Shown in pieces: positions 20,448-31,072 of a stretch of DNA of 64,000 bases. A program made the translations under genes and the position numbers. Numbering within the stretch: the stretch's first letter is position 1; each line of letters begins with the position of its first letter. Under the pieces are notes generated by a model. The model saw nothing but the letters and a program-made list of their open reading frames with translations, did not search any database and was not told where the DNA came from. The stretch covers positions 4,128,001 through 4,192,000 of the forward strand of contig CBDCWI010000002.1 in assembly GCA_965223325.1 (NCBI GenBank). The letters are read 5' to 3'. This stretch comes from Candidatus Multivoradales bacterium. Its GTDB lineage: Bacteria; Acidobacteriota; Thermoanaerobaculia; Multivoradales; Multivoraceae.

Positions 20448-21259
20448 AAGCGCAGGGCATCATGCTCGGAAGTGGTACCTCGACCGGTGTTCCGGTGATC
20501 GGATGCGATTGTGAAACCTGCACCTCTGATGACCCCCGCAACCGTCGTTCACGCACCAGCATGTGGTTTCGAATCCAAGACCGCCCGGCCGATCCCGAAA
20601 GGCCCTTTTTCGGCCTATTGATCGATACCTCGACAGACTTTCGCGAGCAGGCTCTGCGCGAGAAGATTCCGCGCATCGACGCCGTTTTGTACACGCACGC
20701 CCACGCCGATCACATCTTCGGCCTCGACGATCTGCGCATCTACAACTTCCGACAGCGGCAGTCCATCCCGACCTACGGCAGCGCTCTGACGCTGAGGCGG
20801 ATCCGCCACGCCTTTTCGTACATCTTCGAGGATGGGCAGGAAGGCGGTGGCAAACCGAACGTTACTCTCGAGACAGTTGAAGGGTCATTCAAACTGTCGA
20901 ACTTCGAGGTCACTCCGATTCCGGTCATGCACGGCGAGCTGGCGATCTTCGGCTATCGGCTCGGCGACTTCGCCTATATCACCGACTGCAGCCACATTCC
21001 TGAAGACAGCATGAGGCAGCTCGAAGGCGTCGATCAGTTGGTGCTTGGCGCGTTGCGCTATCGAGAGCACCCGACCCACTTCAACATCGACCAGGCAACC
21101 GCAGTGGCCGAGCGCGTTGGCGCCAGGCGCACGGTGCTCACCCACCTGGCCTGTGACATCGAGCACGTGCGTGACGATGCGAAACTTCCGAAGGGCGTCG
21201 AACTCGGCTACGACGGAATGCTGTTCGACTTCGAGATGACGAGTGGAGCGGGGCAGTGA
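20444..21259 (+). CDS. MBL-fold metallohydrolase (PhnP-like)
   Basis: GSGTSTGVPVIGC.C, THAHADHIFG, HPTHF. Confidence 0.9.
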   Translation: MKAQGIMLGSGTSTGVPVIGCDCETCTSDDPRNRRSRTSMWFRIQDRPADPERPFFGLLIDTSTDFREQALREKIPRIDAVLYTHAHADHIFGLDDLRIYNFRQRQSIPTYGSALTLRRIRHAFSYIFEDGQEGGGKPNVTLETVEGSFKLSNFEVTPIPVMHGELAIFGYRLGDFAYITDCSHIPEDSMRQLEGVDQLVLGALRYREHPTHFNIDQATAVAERVGARRTVLTHLACDIEHVRDDAKLPKGVELGYDGMLFDFEMTSGAGQ

Positions 21260-21271
21260 GAAGGTCGAAAA

Positions 21272-22645
21272 ATGTCTAGTGCACCTACTCCTGGCGCAGG
21301 GCGGGCCCCTGACGCGGCGCGGCCCGTGCCGAGCGGCAGAGTGGTACGCGGCGCGGTTGTGCTGCCGCCGTCGAAGAGTGTTTCTCACCGCTACCTGAAC
21401 CTTGCGCTGCTCGCAGGCGAGAGAGCCCGGGTGGGTCGAGTGCTCGAGGCAGAAGACACAGGGCTCTTCCTCGCCGGGCTTTCTGAGATGGGGTGGGGGG
21501 TATCAAAGAGCGCCGCCGGCGATGGTGCGTGGGACGTCGAGCTCGAGCCCCCCGGTTCGTCGGGTTGGAGTAAAGAACCCGAAGTCTTCTGTGGCAACGC
21601 CGGCACCTTCTTTCGCTTTCTGGTCGCCACTGCTTCGGTGTTGCCGACCGAGAAAATGCGCATCGATGGAACACCGCGCCTCTGTGAGCGCCCGATCGGC
21701 GCCTTGACCAGCACCCTCGGGGCGCTTGGTGCGCGCGTGGCCTTCGACGACCGCGACGGGTACGCGCCGCTCTTCGTTGAGGGCGCCACACTGGCCGGTG
21801 GTGCGGCGACGCTCGATGCTTCTGAATCGAGCCAATACCTTTCGGCGATTCTGATGGCCGGTCTTCGCGCTCCGCGGGCCATTGACCTCGAGGTCGAGGC
21901 GTTGGCCTCAGCCCCCTACATCGGCATTACCTTGCAGGCCATCGAGCGCTTCGGGGGCAGAGGCGCGGTGACCCACAACGACGCAACCGACCGCTACCGC
22001 ATCGAGCCCGTCGGTGCTCTTGGAGCAGCTGACCCGGTGGTCGAGGGCGATTGGTCAGCCGCCGGTTATCCGGCTGCGGCAGCGCTTCTCACCGGCGGCG
22101 AGGTCACCCTCCATGGTCTACGTCGCGATTCGGCACAGGGAGATCGTCGCATCCTGGAGCTTCTCGCTGCCGCTGGCGCGAGAGTCGAATGGCAGGAAGA
22201 CGTCTGCCATGTCGGGGCAGGGCCGTTACGGCCGCTCGGTGAAGTCGACCTCGGTGACGTGCCCGATCAGGTGCCGACAGTGGCTGCGGTTGCGGCGTTT
22301 CTGCCGGGCACCACGCGCATCGTCGGAGTGCCGCACCTGCGCATCAAGGAAAGCGACCGCTTAGCGGCGATGGCCAAAGAGCTCGCCCGAGGCGGTGCAT
22401 CGATCGAAGAACTACCCGCCGGGTTGGTGATCACGGGCGACCCTCAGTTCGGTGACGAGAATCGCGGCCAGGAGAAGAGCACCGTCGTCTGTGACAGTTG
22501 GGACGACCACCGGATTGCCATGGCCATGGCGCTCGTCGGACTGCGCCGTGGCGGCGTGTCGGTGGCGCATCCGGAGGTGGTCGGCAAGTCCTACCCGCAC
22601 TTCTGGGACCATCTCGACGAGCTGACGGGCGGGCGCAGCGTGTAA
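21272..22645 (+). CDS. aroA: 3-phosphoshikimate 1-carboxyvinyltransferase
   Basis: SKSVSHR, GNAGT, SSQYLSA, LRIKESDRL, DDHRIAM, KSYP.F. Confidence 0.93.
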   Translation: MSSAPTPGAGRAPDAARPVPSGRVVRGAVVLPPSKSVSHRYLNLALLAGERARVGRVLEAEDTGLFLAGLSEMGWGVSKSAAGDGAWDVELEPPGSSGWSKEPEVFCGNAGTFFRFLVATASVLPTEKMRIDGTPRLCERPIGALTSTLGALGARVAFDDRDGYAPLFVEGATLAGGAATLDASESSQYLSAILMAGLRAPRAIDLEVEALASAPYIGITLQAIERFGGRGAVTHNDATDRYRIEPVGALGAADPVVEGDWSAAGYPAAAALLTGGEVTLHGLRRDSAQGDRRILELLAAAGARVEWQEDVCHVGAGPLRPLGEVDLGDVPDQVPTVAAVAAFLPGTTRIVGVPHLRIKESDRLAAMAKELARGGASIEELPAGLVITGDPQFGDENRGQEKSTVVCDSWDDHRIAMAMALVGLRRGGVSVAHPEVVGKSYPHFWDHLDELTGGRSV

Positions 22646-22648
22646 CGC

Positions 22649-25600
22649 TTGCCACGCGAGTCGGAAGAAGAGTGGGTCATGCCCCCTCCTCTGGCTCATC
22701 TAGCGCTGCGGGATCAGGTATCGGTCCTGCGGGCGCGGGCAGGTCCACGATCTGCCGGAAGACTGCCCGAACGCTCGCGGGCCAGCGATCGTATGCGCGT
22801 CGCCGGGCTTCTCGAAGTCGCGGCGGCCCTCGCGCATGCAGAACGCGCCAGTTTCAGTCTCACCGGGTTCGATGAGCTCCTGCTCGATGACGAGGGGCGT
22901 CCGCTGGGGCTTTCGATCGCTGTTCAGCCAACGAGAGTGCCAACTCAAGAGCTGCTGACGCAGGCTGCCTACCGTCTGTTCGGTTCGAACAGCGACGCGG
23001 GTTCCGCTCTAGCGTTCGGTGGCGGTGAGGCCAAAGCCGCCGTCGCCTCGCTCCTCGAACGCTGGCGTCAATGCCTCACGCCGCTCTCTCCAGTCGACGC
23101 GGTCGACGGTATCTTGCGTGCCGCGCCGTTTCTCTGGTGGATGAAGAAAAGGGACCACCTCGCTGCGCTTGCGCTGGCGGTCGAAGATGACGTGTGGTTC
23201 GCCGCACCGACAGGCGCCCGCCGCCGGTTGTTTGACCGCGGGAGGGTGCCAGAGGACCTCGAGAAGACCTTCACCGTTCTGAAAGGGCCGACTGCCCAGG
23301 CTGCCTGGCTCGGTATTGCCGCGAGTACCCTCGAGCCAGGGCCACCCGAGCAGGCTCTGGCCAAGGCACGTGAGCTGGAGCGCGCCGGGCACCTTTTCCT
23401 TGCCCGTCGGGTGCTCGCCTCCCAGCAGAATCCCGATGCACTTCTCCTACGCGCGCGGATCGAGCTCGCGCTTGGTGAGGTCGGAACGGCCGCGCACGGG
23501 CTGCGGGCGCTTCGCCGCCGTGAACCGCCTCTTGCGACCCAGATCGATTCGATCGAGCTTGCCCTCCGGCTGTCGAAGCGTTGCCTCGACTCGGGGGCTC
23601 TCGCCGCCGAAGCGGTCTTTGCCGAACATCTGCTGGAAGCGGCTGCCCAGGCAGGCGACGAGGTGGTGCTGGGGCGCGCACAGCTTGCGGGGGCATGGGC
23701 AGCCCTAGACAACGGCGATCTGACGCTTGCGGCGGAACTGCTCGATCAAGCGGAGGAGGCTCGAGAGCCGGATCGTGAGCGCCTTGCACGACGGCATCAG
23801 GCGGCTGCTCAGCTCGCTTTCGTCCGGGGTCAGTGGCAAGACGCGGAGTCCCATCTCGGGCGGGCCCTGGGCGCGGTCACTCTGCGCCCGCGTCCCCGTG
23901 CATTGGTGGGCGGGCTGTGGAATGAGATGGCCCTCGCGAGAGCCGCCGGGGGTGACCTCCGCGGCGCGGAGCGTGCACTTCGCCATGCTCTCCGTCACCT
24001 GCGTGCCTGCGACGGTCCGAGTCACCTGGCTCTCGCCACGAGCAATCTCGCAGAGATCGCAGTCCGGCGCGGTCGAGTCTCGGGCGTCGAAGCGGTGCTC
24101 GATGCCTGCCTCGAGTTTCCGGAGACGTCGCGCAACCGGGCGGCGCGGGCGGCGGAAGAGGCACTCGCGGTGCGCCTTCTGATGGTCCGCGGCGCGCTCG
24201 AAGATGCGCTTCGTCTTTGTCGGCCTGCGTTGGAGGACGCCACCGGTTCTATGGACAAAGAGCGCCTGGCCCTTGCCGCACGCTGCCTCGCCTGGTCGGG
24301 GCGCGTGGCCGAGGCGGCCGAACTTCTCGAGCAGCTGGCAGACCATGATCTGGACCATCTCGAACCGGAGGAGCGTCTGGCAGTCCTCCTTCAAGCCGGT
24401 CAGAAGGAGCGGGCGCAGCAGCTCAATGCGCGACTGCCTGCACCGCTTCGTAGGTTCTGGAGTCCAATCGTGGCGCACCAGCCGGCTCTAGAGGTCAGTC
24501 TGCCAGCCATCGATGCCCTGAGGCTCGAGCCCTACCGCGCCGCGCGCCTGGTGCTCGACCTCCTACAGCTCGGTGTACCGGTTGCGCCTCCACTCGCAAC
24601 GCGAAGTGCCCGGGTCATGAGGGACCTCGGGGCTCGGGCCTTCGCCGGTCGAATCGAGGACGCCTCTGACCCGTGGAGTGCGCTCGCCGAGCTCCTGGTG
24701 CCGGAAGAGAACACGAAGAGGCTTGGCCTGACGGAGCGGATCGAGAGGTTATTCGCATCGCTTTCGTGCGCGCGTGGCGGTGTCTCGATCGGCGACGAAA
24801 CGGCTCCTCTTCGGAAGCTGGTCTTGCGGCCCGCCCCGACCGACGCGGTGACTGTCTCGCTGGTCGCGTTGAACCGGCGGGTTGAGTTGGCGCTGGTGGC
24901 GCAGGATTTCGAGCGGCTCGGGCGTAGCCGGGTGCGGGTTCTCGCCTGGGCGATTGCCTGCGCGGCATGGGAGTCGACCCTGGCCGAGGAGCGACCGGGA
25001 CGGGGGCACGAGCCGCTCTTTGTTGCGGAAGATGTTGCCGAAGATGTAGCCGACAATGTTGCTGAAGATGATGTGGGAGCGAAGGCGTGCGACGGGCTAC
25101 GCCGGTCAGAAACGGCAGAGCCGAACGATGGCATCGTTGGCCGTTCTGCGCCCCTTCTCGAGGCGCTCGAGAATGTCTCCCGGCTGGCGCCCGCTGCGAT
25201 CCCGGTGCTGGTGCTTGGCGAAACCGGAACCGGTAAGGAGCTCATCGCCAGGCGCCTACACGCCTTGAGCCGTCGCGCCGAGAAGCGTTTTCTGGCCGTC
25301 AACTGTGCGACCCTGCAGAACGAGAATCTGGTCTTGGCCGAGCTCTTTGGGCACGCCAAGGGCGCCTTCACCGGGGCGCACGCGGCGCGCCCGGGTGTCT
25401 TCGAGTCGGCGCACGAGGGGACAGTCTTTCTCGACGAGATTGGCGACCTGCCCGAGAACGCGCAAGGCATGTTGCTGCGAGTGCTGCAAGAGGGTGAAGT
25501 GCGCCGCCTGGGTGAACTGCGCGACCGATCGGTCGACGTACGCATCGTCGCGGCGACTCACAACGACCTCGCTCTGTTGGTGCGCGAGGGGCGTTTCAGG

Positions 25601-26068
25601 CAGGACTTGTATTTTCGCCTGGCGGGGGCGTTGGTGGAGCTGCCGCCGCTTAGAGAGCGCGGCTCGGATGCTGAACTACTGGCCGCGTTTTTCCTCGAGC
25701 GCCTGGACCCGTGGGCGCGGTTGGCCGACTGCGCCTTGCGTGCGATTCGCGAGCACACCTGGCCCGGAAACGTTCGCCAACTGCAGAACGCGCTGGCCGT
25801 GGCAGTGACCTTTGGAGCCGTCCAGCAGCAAGAGCCCTGGGTCCTCACGGCAGAACATCTCGGCCTGGGCTCTAGCCCGCAAGAGAGCCCGGAGCACGCC
25901 GCGCCATCAGAAACCGCCACCTACAGGGAGTGCGTCTTCAACTATCGTCGCCAGCTGATTGCCGATGCCCTCGAGCGCTCCGGCGGCAACCAGGCAGCGG
26001 CTGCCCGCCAGCTCGGCCTCAAGCGGCAGTCGCTGCGCTACAACATGAAAGCGCTCGGTCTCTTGTGA
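22649..26068 (+). CDS. Large sigma-54-dependent transcriptional activator (TPR-like N-terminus, AAA+, Fis HTH)
   Basis: GETGTGKE, ELFGH.KGAFTGA, FLDEIG, FRQDLYFRL, WPGNVRQL, C-terminal NQAAAARQLG. Confidence 0.88.
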   Translation: MPRESEEEWVMPPPLAHLALRDQVSVLRARAGPRSAGRLPERSRASDRMRVAGLLEVAAALAHAERASFSLTGFDELLLDDEGRPLGLSIAVQPTRVPTQELLTQAAYRLFGSNSDAGSALAFGGGEAKAAVASLLERWRQCLTPLSPVDAVDGILRAAPFLWWMKKRDHLAALALAVEDDVWFAAPTGARRRLFDRGRVPEDLEKTFTVLKGPTAQAAWLGIAASTLEPGPPEQALAKARELERAGHLFLARRVLASQQNPDALLLRARIELALGEVGTAAHGLRALRRREPPLATQIDSIELALRLSKRCLDSGALAAEAVFAEHLLEAAAQAGDEVVLGRAQLAGAWAALDNGDLTLAAELLDQAEEAREPDRERLARRHQAAAQLAFVRGQWQDAESHLGRALGAVTLRPRPRALVGGLWNEMALARAAGGDLRGAERALRHALRHLRACDGPSHLALATSNLAEIAVRRGRVSGVEAVLDACLEFPETSRNRAARAAEEALAVRLLMVRGALEDALRLCRPALEDATGSMDKERLALAARCLAWSGRVAEAAELLEQLADHDLDHLEPEERLAVLLQAGQKERAQQLNARLPAPLRRFWSPIVAHQPALEVSLPAIDALRLEPYRAARLVLDLLQLGVPVAPPLATRSARVMRDLGARAFAGRIEDASDPWSALAELLVPEENTKRLGLTERIERLFASLSCARGGVSIGDETAPLRKLVLRPAPTDAVTVSLVALNRRVELALVAQDFERLGRSRVRVLAWAIACAAWESTLAEERPGRGHEPLFVAEDVAEDVADNVAEDDVGAKACDGLRRSETAEPNDGIVGRSAPLLEALENVSRLAPAAIPVLVLGETGTGKELIARRLHALSRRAEKRFLAVNCATLQNENLVLAELFGHAKGAFTGAHAARPGVFESAHEGTVFLDEIGDLPENAQGMLLRVLQEGEVRRLGELRDRSVDVRIVAATHNDLALLVREGRFRQDLYFRLAGALVELPPLRERGSDAELLAAFFLERLDPWARLADCALRAIREHTWPGNVRQLQNALAVAVTFGAVQQQEPWVLTAEHLGLGSSPQESPEHAAPSETATYRECVFNYRRQLIADALERSGGNQAAAARQLGLKRQSLRYNMKALGLL

Positions 26069-26071
26069 CGT

Positions 26072-28675
26072 TCAGAGCATCTCTGCGAGCTTCTCGAGCG
26101 CTGCCAACAGGTCGGGCTCATCTTCGAGCACCCCGGCGAGCGGATCACTCTTCTGGCGTTTGAGGCGCTTGGGGACGCTCCTGATGTTCCACTGCTCGAT
26201 GGTGAGCTTGTTGGTGACTTCGCGCCAACGAAGCGGCGTGGAAACGGGCGCCTGCAGTTTAGGGCGCACGCTGAACGGCGCGACCAGCAAGCGGCCGCGA
26301 CCGTTCTGTACGTAGTCGACGTAGACCCGGCCATCGCGCTTGGCCGGGTTGCGAATCACGGTGGCGATGTCGTCGTGTTGCTGCGCAATCACCGTTGCCA
26401 AAAGCTGCGCCAGAGTGCGCGACTGTTGGTAGTCGAACGCGCCTCCCAGCGGCAAGAGAACGTGGATGCCACTCGAGCCGCTGGTCTTGGCGTAGGACGG
26501 CAGGCCGATCTCGTCGCAGACCTTTTTGATGGCCTTGGCCAGCTTGACGACATCGGTGAACGGTGCTTCCTTCGGGTCGAGGTCGAGGATGCACCAGTCG
26601 GGTCGGTCGAGGGTCGTCAGCCGACTCGACCAGACGTGCAGGACAATCGCGCCCAGGTTGGCGAGGTAGAGGAGCGTTTCTTCGTCGTTGACGACGAAGT
26701 ATTCGATGTCTCGTTCGCCGCCCCCGGAGGAAATGGTCTCGGTGTGCACCCAGTCGGGTGCGAAGTCGGGGGCGTTCTTCTGGAAGAAGGACTTGCCGTG
26801 GATGCCGTCGGGGTAGCGAGTGAGTACGACGGGGCGATCCTCGAGGTAGCGCAGCATGGTTGGCGCCGCCTGGCGATAGAACTCGATCATGTCGCCCTTG
26901 GTGTAGCCGTCTTCGGGCCAGAAGATCTTGTCGAGGTTCGAGAAGGTGGGCTTCGGGCGCTCCGGGGCTTCGACCTGCGGGGCGGGCGGCTCATCGTCGC
27001 CGGCCGCGTGCGCTCGGCTGCGGCCGCGCCCCGTTGCTTCGAACGGTGGCTTGTCCGGTCGCAGGTGGAGATAGACCGGGTGTCGCAGCATGTGGAGATG
27101 CGTCCACTCCTTGTAGCGCACCTCACACACCAGCTCGGGTTCTGCCCACAGGTGTTTCCCGGTCGCGGGCAGTTCGGTGTCCGGCGCGGCACGGCAAGGC
27201 GGGTCGGGTCGTTCGAGGGCGCGCAGCTGCTCCGACAATGTGCGCAGCTTGTGCTCGTCAAAGCCTGTACCCACCCGCCCGGCATAGATCAGGTCGAGTT
27301 CTTCCTCGCCGGCGTTTTCGGGTGCTTGAATCGCAAGATGAAGTGCACCGAAGCCTGTCCGGTTCTTGCCCTTCTCCGGCAGGGTCATGCCGACGATCAC
27401 GAAGTCGCCGGTTTGCTCGTAACGGTACTTGAGCCAGTCCGTTGAGCGCCGCCCGACGTAGGCCGCGGCGCCGTCTTTAGCCACCATGCCTTCGAGTCCC
27501 ATGCCGCCGATGTGTGCGAAGAGCTCCTTGCCGCGTTCTTCGATGTGATCGCAAAAGCGCAGCGGACCGGCAGGCGGTACGACTTCCTGCAGGAGGCCCT
27601 TGCGCTCCACCGTCTTAAGGGCGCGCAGATCGTAGCCGCAGAACGAAAGCATGTCGAAAGCGAACAGGGTCGCGGGGTGCTCGAGAGTGGCACGCTCGAT
27701 GTCGACCGTCTTGGTGAGCATGGCGCGCCTCTGCAGGCGATTGAACGACGGGTGGCCTTCCGCGTCGAGAACCACGACCTCGCCGTCGAGCACCAGGTCG
27801 TCGACCGGCCAGCGCTCGAGCGCGCGCGCGATCTCGGGGAAGAGCGCCGTGGCGTCGTGCCCGTTGCGATAGCGCAGATACGGCTTGCCGTCGACCTTGG
27901 CGGCGATCAGCCGGTAGCCGTCGTACTTGAGCTCGTAGATCCACCCTTTCCGAGAGCGTGGCTCGTCATCGAGGGTCGCCAGCATGGGTTTCACCTTCTG
28001 CGGCGAGACTTTCTTTTTCGGTGCTCCGAGTTCCTTCGCCGACTCGAGCACTGCTTCCATGCGCGTACTGCCGCTCGCCAGTTCTTCGACCGTCAGCCCC
28101 GAGATCACCGAGGTCTCTGGAAAGTACTCTCCTCCTTTGCGGGCCGCTCCGTCGGGCTTCTTCATCAGCAGCCAGGACTTGTCTTCGTCGCGGCTCTTGC
28201 CGCGCTGAGCGACGGGCGGCTTGATGCGAAAGATCGTCCAGACCCCGTGTAGCTTGTAGCCCCGCAGCTCGAAGAGCAGCTTGCCCTTCTCCCATCCCTC
28301 GAACGGGTCTTCGAGTGGAATCCATCGCCCGCGATCCCAGACGATCATGGCGCCGGCGCCGTAGTTCCCTTCGGGGATCACCCCCTCGAAGTCGCCGTAC
28401 TCGAAGGGATGGTCTTCGGTTTCGGCGGCGAAACGCTTCTCTTCCGGGTCGAGTGAGAAGCCCTTCGGTACTGCCCACGACTTGAGCACTCCGCAGTGTT
28501 CGAGCCGCAGGTCGTAGTGCAGGCGGGTGGCGGCATGCTTCTGCACCACGAAGAGGCCGCCAACCTTACGCGATTCTGCGTCGCCGACCTCGCCGCCGAA
28601 GGGCTCCGGCGTCGCGTCGCCGGAGCGCATTTCGCGGTACTTGCGAAGCGAGTCAAGATCGTACTTTCGGGGCAT
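26072..28675 (-). CDS. ligD: NHEJ DNA ligase D (phosphoesterase-ligase-polymerase)
   Basis: QKHAATRLHYDLRLE, ELKYDGYR, EGMVAK, RYPDG..FFQK, KTSGSSGIH. Confidence 0.96.
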   Translation of the reverse strand: MPRKYDLDSLRKYREMRSGDATPEPFGGEVGDAESRKVGGLFVVQKHAATRLHYDLRLEHCGVLKSWAVPKGFSLDPEEKRFAAETEDHPFEYGDFEGVIPEGNYGAGAMIVWDRGRWIPLEDPFEGWEKGKLLFELRGYKLHGVWTIFRIKPPVAQRGKSRDEDKSWLLMKKPDGAARKGGEYFPETSVISGLTVEELASGSTRMEAVLESAKELGAPKKKVSPQKVKPMLATLDDEPRSRKGWIYELKYDGYRLIAAKVDGKPYLRYRNGHDATALFPEIARALERWPVDDLVLDGEVVVLDAEGHPSFNRLQRRAMLTKTVDIERATLEHPATLFAFDMLSFCGYDLRALKTVERKGLLQEVVPPAGPLRFCDHIEERGKELFAHIGGMGLEGMVAKDGAAAYVGRRSTDWLKYRYEQTGDFVIVGMTLPEKGKNRTGFGALHLAIQAPENAGEEELDLIYAGRVGTGFDEHKLRTLSEQLRALERPDPPCRAAPDTELPATGKHLWAEPELVCEVRYKEWTHLHMLRHPVYLHLRPDKPPFEATGRGRSRAHAAGDDEPPAPQVEAPERPKPTFSNLDKIFWPEDGYTKGDMIEFYRQAAPTMLRYLEDRPVVLTRYPDGIHGKSFFQKNAPDFAPDWVHTETISSGGGERDIEYFVVNDEETLLYLANLGAIVLHVWSSRLTTLDRPDWCILDLDPKEAPFTDVVKLAKAIKKVCDEIGLPSYAKTSGSSGIHVLLPLGGAFDYQQSRTLAQLLATVIAQQHDDIATVIRNPAKRDGRVYVDYVQNGRGRLLVAPFSVRPKLQAPVSTPLRWREVTNKLTIEQWNIRSVPKRLKRQKSDPLAGVLEDEPDLLAALEKLAEML

Positions 28676-28761
28676 TGAAGGACCATCTTAGCCAGTGGTT
28701 ACTGGCGCTACGTCAGGCCGCGGATCGTAGCCTGGGCGTCGCCCCGTGGTAATCTCGCAAG

Positions 28762-29634
28762 ATGCCTGCTCGTCCAATCAGCTCGGGAAACATCTCGTTC
28801 GGGCTCGTCTCGATTCCGGTCAAGATGTACCCCACGACCGACCACAGCGCCTCCATTCGCTTCAACATGCTCGACCCCAGCGACGGTACGCGGGTCAAGC
28901 AGCAGTACATCAACCCCGGAACCGGCGAGATCGTCAAGCGCAACCAGATGGTGAAGGGCTACGAGTTCTCGAAGGGGCAGTACGTCACCTTCACCAATGA
29001 AGAGATCGCCGACCTCGCACAGAAAGCGTCTCCGTCGATCGCCATCACCGAGTTCGTGCCCATGGAAGAAGTCGAGCCGATCTTCTACGACAACGCCTAC
29101 TTCCTCGGCCCGGAGACCGGCGGTGAGCGCGCCTACAAACTGCTCTCCGTTGCCATGCGCGAGACCGAACGCTGCGCATTGGCCCGCTATGCGGCGCGGG
29201 GCAAGCAGTACCTGGTGATGATTCGCCCCTTCGAAGACGGCGTCATCATGCAGCAAATGCACTACGCCGACGAGGTGCGTTCTTTTTCCGAAGTCCCACT
29301 TGGTGAAGACGAGATCGAGATTGAGGAGGCTGAGCTCAACCTGGCCAAGCAGCTCATCGAGCAGATCGCCAGTGACGCCTTCGAGCCCGGGAAGTACGAA
29401 GACGAAGTGCGCAAGCGTCTGTGGGAAGCCATTCAGGCCAAGGTGGCGGGTAAAGAAGTCACCATCGAAGAAGAGGCACCCAAGGCCAAGATCATCGACC
29501 TCATGGAGGCTCTCAAGAAGAGCCTTGCAGACGACGACGCCGGTTCCGACGCCAAGCCAGCCAAGAAGAGGGCCAAGGCCAAGAAAAAGTCCAGCAAGAA
29601 GGCGTCTCGCAAGAAGAAGACTGCAACCGGGTGA
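28762..29634 (+). CDS. ku: NHEJ Ku protein
   Basis: ISFGLVSIPVK, KGYE, IDLMEALKKS, Lys-rich tail; divergent from ligD. Confidence 0.96.
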   Translation: MPARPISSGNISFGLVSIPVKMYPTTDHSASIRFNMLDPSDGTRVKQQYINPGTGEIVKRNQMVKGYEFSKGQYVTFTNEEIADLAQKASPSIAITEFVPMEEVEPIFYDNAYFLGPETGGERAYKLLSVAMRETERCALARYAARGKQYLVMIRPFEDGVIMQQMHYADEVRSFSEVPLGEDEIEIEEAELNLAKQLIEQIASDAFEPGKYEDEVRKRLWEAIQAKVAGKEVTIEEEAPKAKIIDLMEALKKSLADDDAGSDAKPAKKRAKAKKKSSKKASRKKKTATG

Positions 29635-29671
29635 CCAGTTTCCTGCGACGCTGCTTGCGGCCCGAGCCTCG

Positions 29672-30286
29672 ATGACCGACGACAAGTCCAAGGGCTCCGG
29701 GAGTCATGACCGTTCGCGGCGTCGAGCGGCCCGTATCGAACCGGTAGGCGGCCAGTTGCCACTTCCGCTGTGGGAGCCCAGTGAGGAGGGTTACCAGGGT
29801 GCTCGCGTTCTCTCGTGGCGTCCCGCCGAGCCGAAAGAAGATGAGCTGCCCGTTGTGTCAGAAGCGTCGCTCAAGGGGTACGACGATCGAGAGGCCGCTG
29901 CAGGTTCGGTTGACGAAGAGGACTCCAGCGAACCCGAAGCCCTCGAGCAAGAGGCATTCGAAGGCGCGGCCGCAGCCTATGAAGCAGGTGACCTCGCGTT
30001 GGCCATACGTCTTTACCGGTTGGTCGTAAGGAGCACTCCCGGGGATGCGACCGCCTGGTTCAACCTCGGCGTTGCACTCGAAGAACAGGGTTCTGACGAG
30101 CATGCTCAGGCCGCCTACGCCAAGGTAACCGAAGTCGACCCCGGGTTTGCCGACGCCTGGTGGAACGCCGCCCGGCTGCATGAGAAGCACGGCCGCAAGT
30201 CGCTCGCCATCCAGTGCTTCAAGGAGTACAAGGCCTGCGGGTCAACGCTTTTAGAACACCCCGAAGATCCCGAGACCGCGACATGA
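29672..30286 (+). CDS. TPR-containing protein
   Basis: AWFNLGVAL, DPGFADAWWN TPR pairs. Confidence 0.7.
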   Translation: MTDDKSKGSGSHDRSRRRAARIEPVGGQLPLPLWEPSEEGYQGARVLSWRPAEPKEDELPVVSEASLKGYDDREAAAGSVDEEDSSEPEALEQEAFEGAAAAYEAGDLALAIRLYRLVVRSTPGDATAWFNLGVALEEQGSDEHAQAAYAKVTEVDPGFADAWWNAARLHEKHGRKSLAIQCFKEYKACGSTLLEHPEDPETAT

Positions 30287-30550
30287 CGGCCAGGCGCTCG
30301 AGCATCGAGTGCGCCACGGGACGGGCCAGTTCACCGCTCGGACCCCCTGGAAAGTGCGTAGGGCGGGAATTTTCTGGGCTTACTAGCCTGTTTTTCTGGT
30401 GCGATCGATGGATCGCGGCGGGCTTCGGCCTGCTACAGTTCCGGTCCCGAAAGCCGACCTTGGCCGAGGAGCGTGATCGCCATCACGCAGTTCCGCCAGG
30501 GCGCTAGCGCGAGATCGGGCGCACCGCAAATCAACATAAGGAGAGAACTG

Positions 30551-31072
30551 ATCGCAAAGTACGACCGGGGACCACGAACCAACAACCGCATTCGAAAGAG
30601 TCCCGTAAGGCTGATCGACGCCGATGGAACCAACTACCCCTCCATCTCGCTCGATGAAGCCAAAGAAAAGGCCCAGGCACAGTCCCTCGATCTCGTCGAG
30701 GTTGGCCCTGAGGCCGATCCACCAGTCGTCAAAATCATGGACTGGGGGAAAGTCAAGTTCGAGCGTGACAAAAAAGCCCGTGAGTCACGCAAGAAGACCA
30801 CCACCGTCGAGGTCAAAGAGGTCAAGTACCGTCCGACGATCGAGTCGCACGACTTTGACATCAAGACCAAGCGCGCCCGCCGCTTCCTCACCGAAGGCAA
30901 ACGCGTCAAGGTAACGATCTTCTTCCGCTACCGGCAGCTCCGCCGTCCGGAGCTCGGTATCCAGATTCTCGACAAGGTCCAGGAAGAGCTGGCAGACGTC
31001 GCCGAGATCGAGACCCGCACAGGACTCGAAGGCCGGCAGATGCTCATGCTGCTCAACCCCAAGCCGAACTAA
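30551..31072 (+). CDS. infC: Translation initiation factor IF-3, probable non-canonical ATC start
   Basis: N.RI..VRLI, LDLVEV, PPVVKIMD, VKEVK, GKRVKV; TAAGGAG 7 nt before in-frame ATC. Confidence 0.95.
   Translation: MAKYDRGPRTNNRIRKSPVRLIDADGTNYPSISLDEAKEKAQAQSLDLVEVGPEADPPVVKIMDWGKVKFERDKKARESRKKTTTVEVKEVKYRPTIESHDFDIKTKRARRFLTEGKRVKVTIFFRYRQLRRPELGIQILDKVQEELADVAEIETRTGLEGRQMLMLLNPKPN

Noticed and set aside
26072-29634. Functional link between ligD/ku and the neighbouring integron
   Set aside because: Proximity only; they are separated by a TPR gene and infC, and there is no sequence evidence of coupling.
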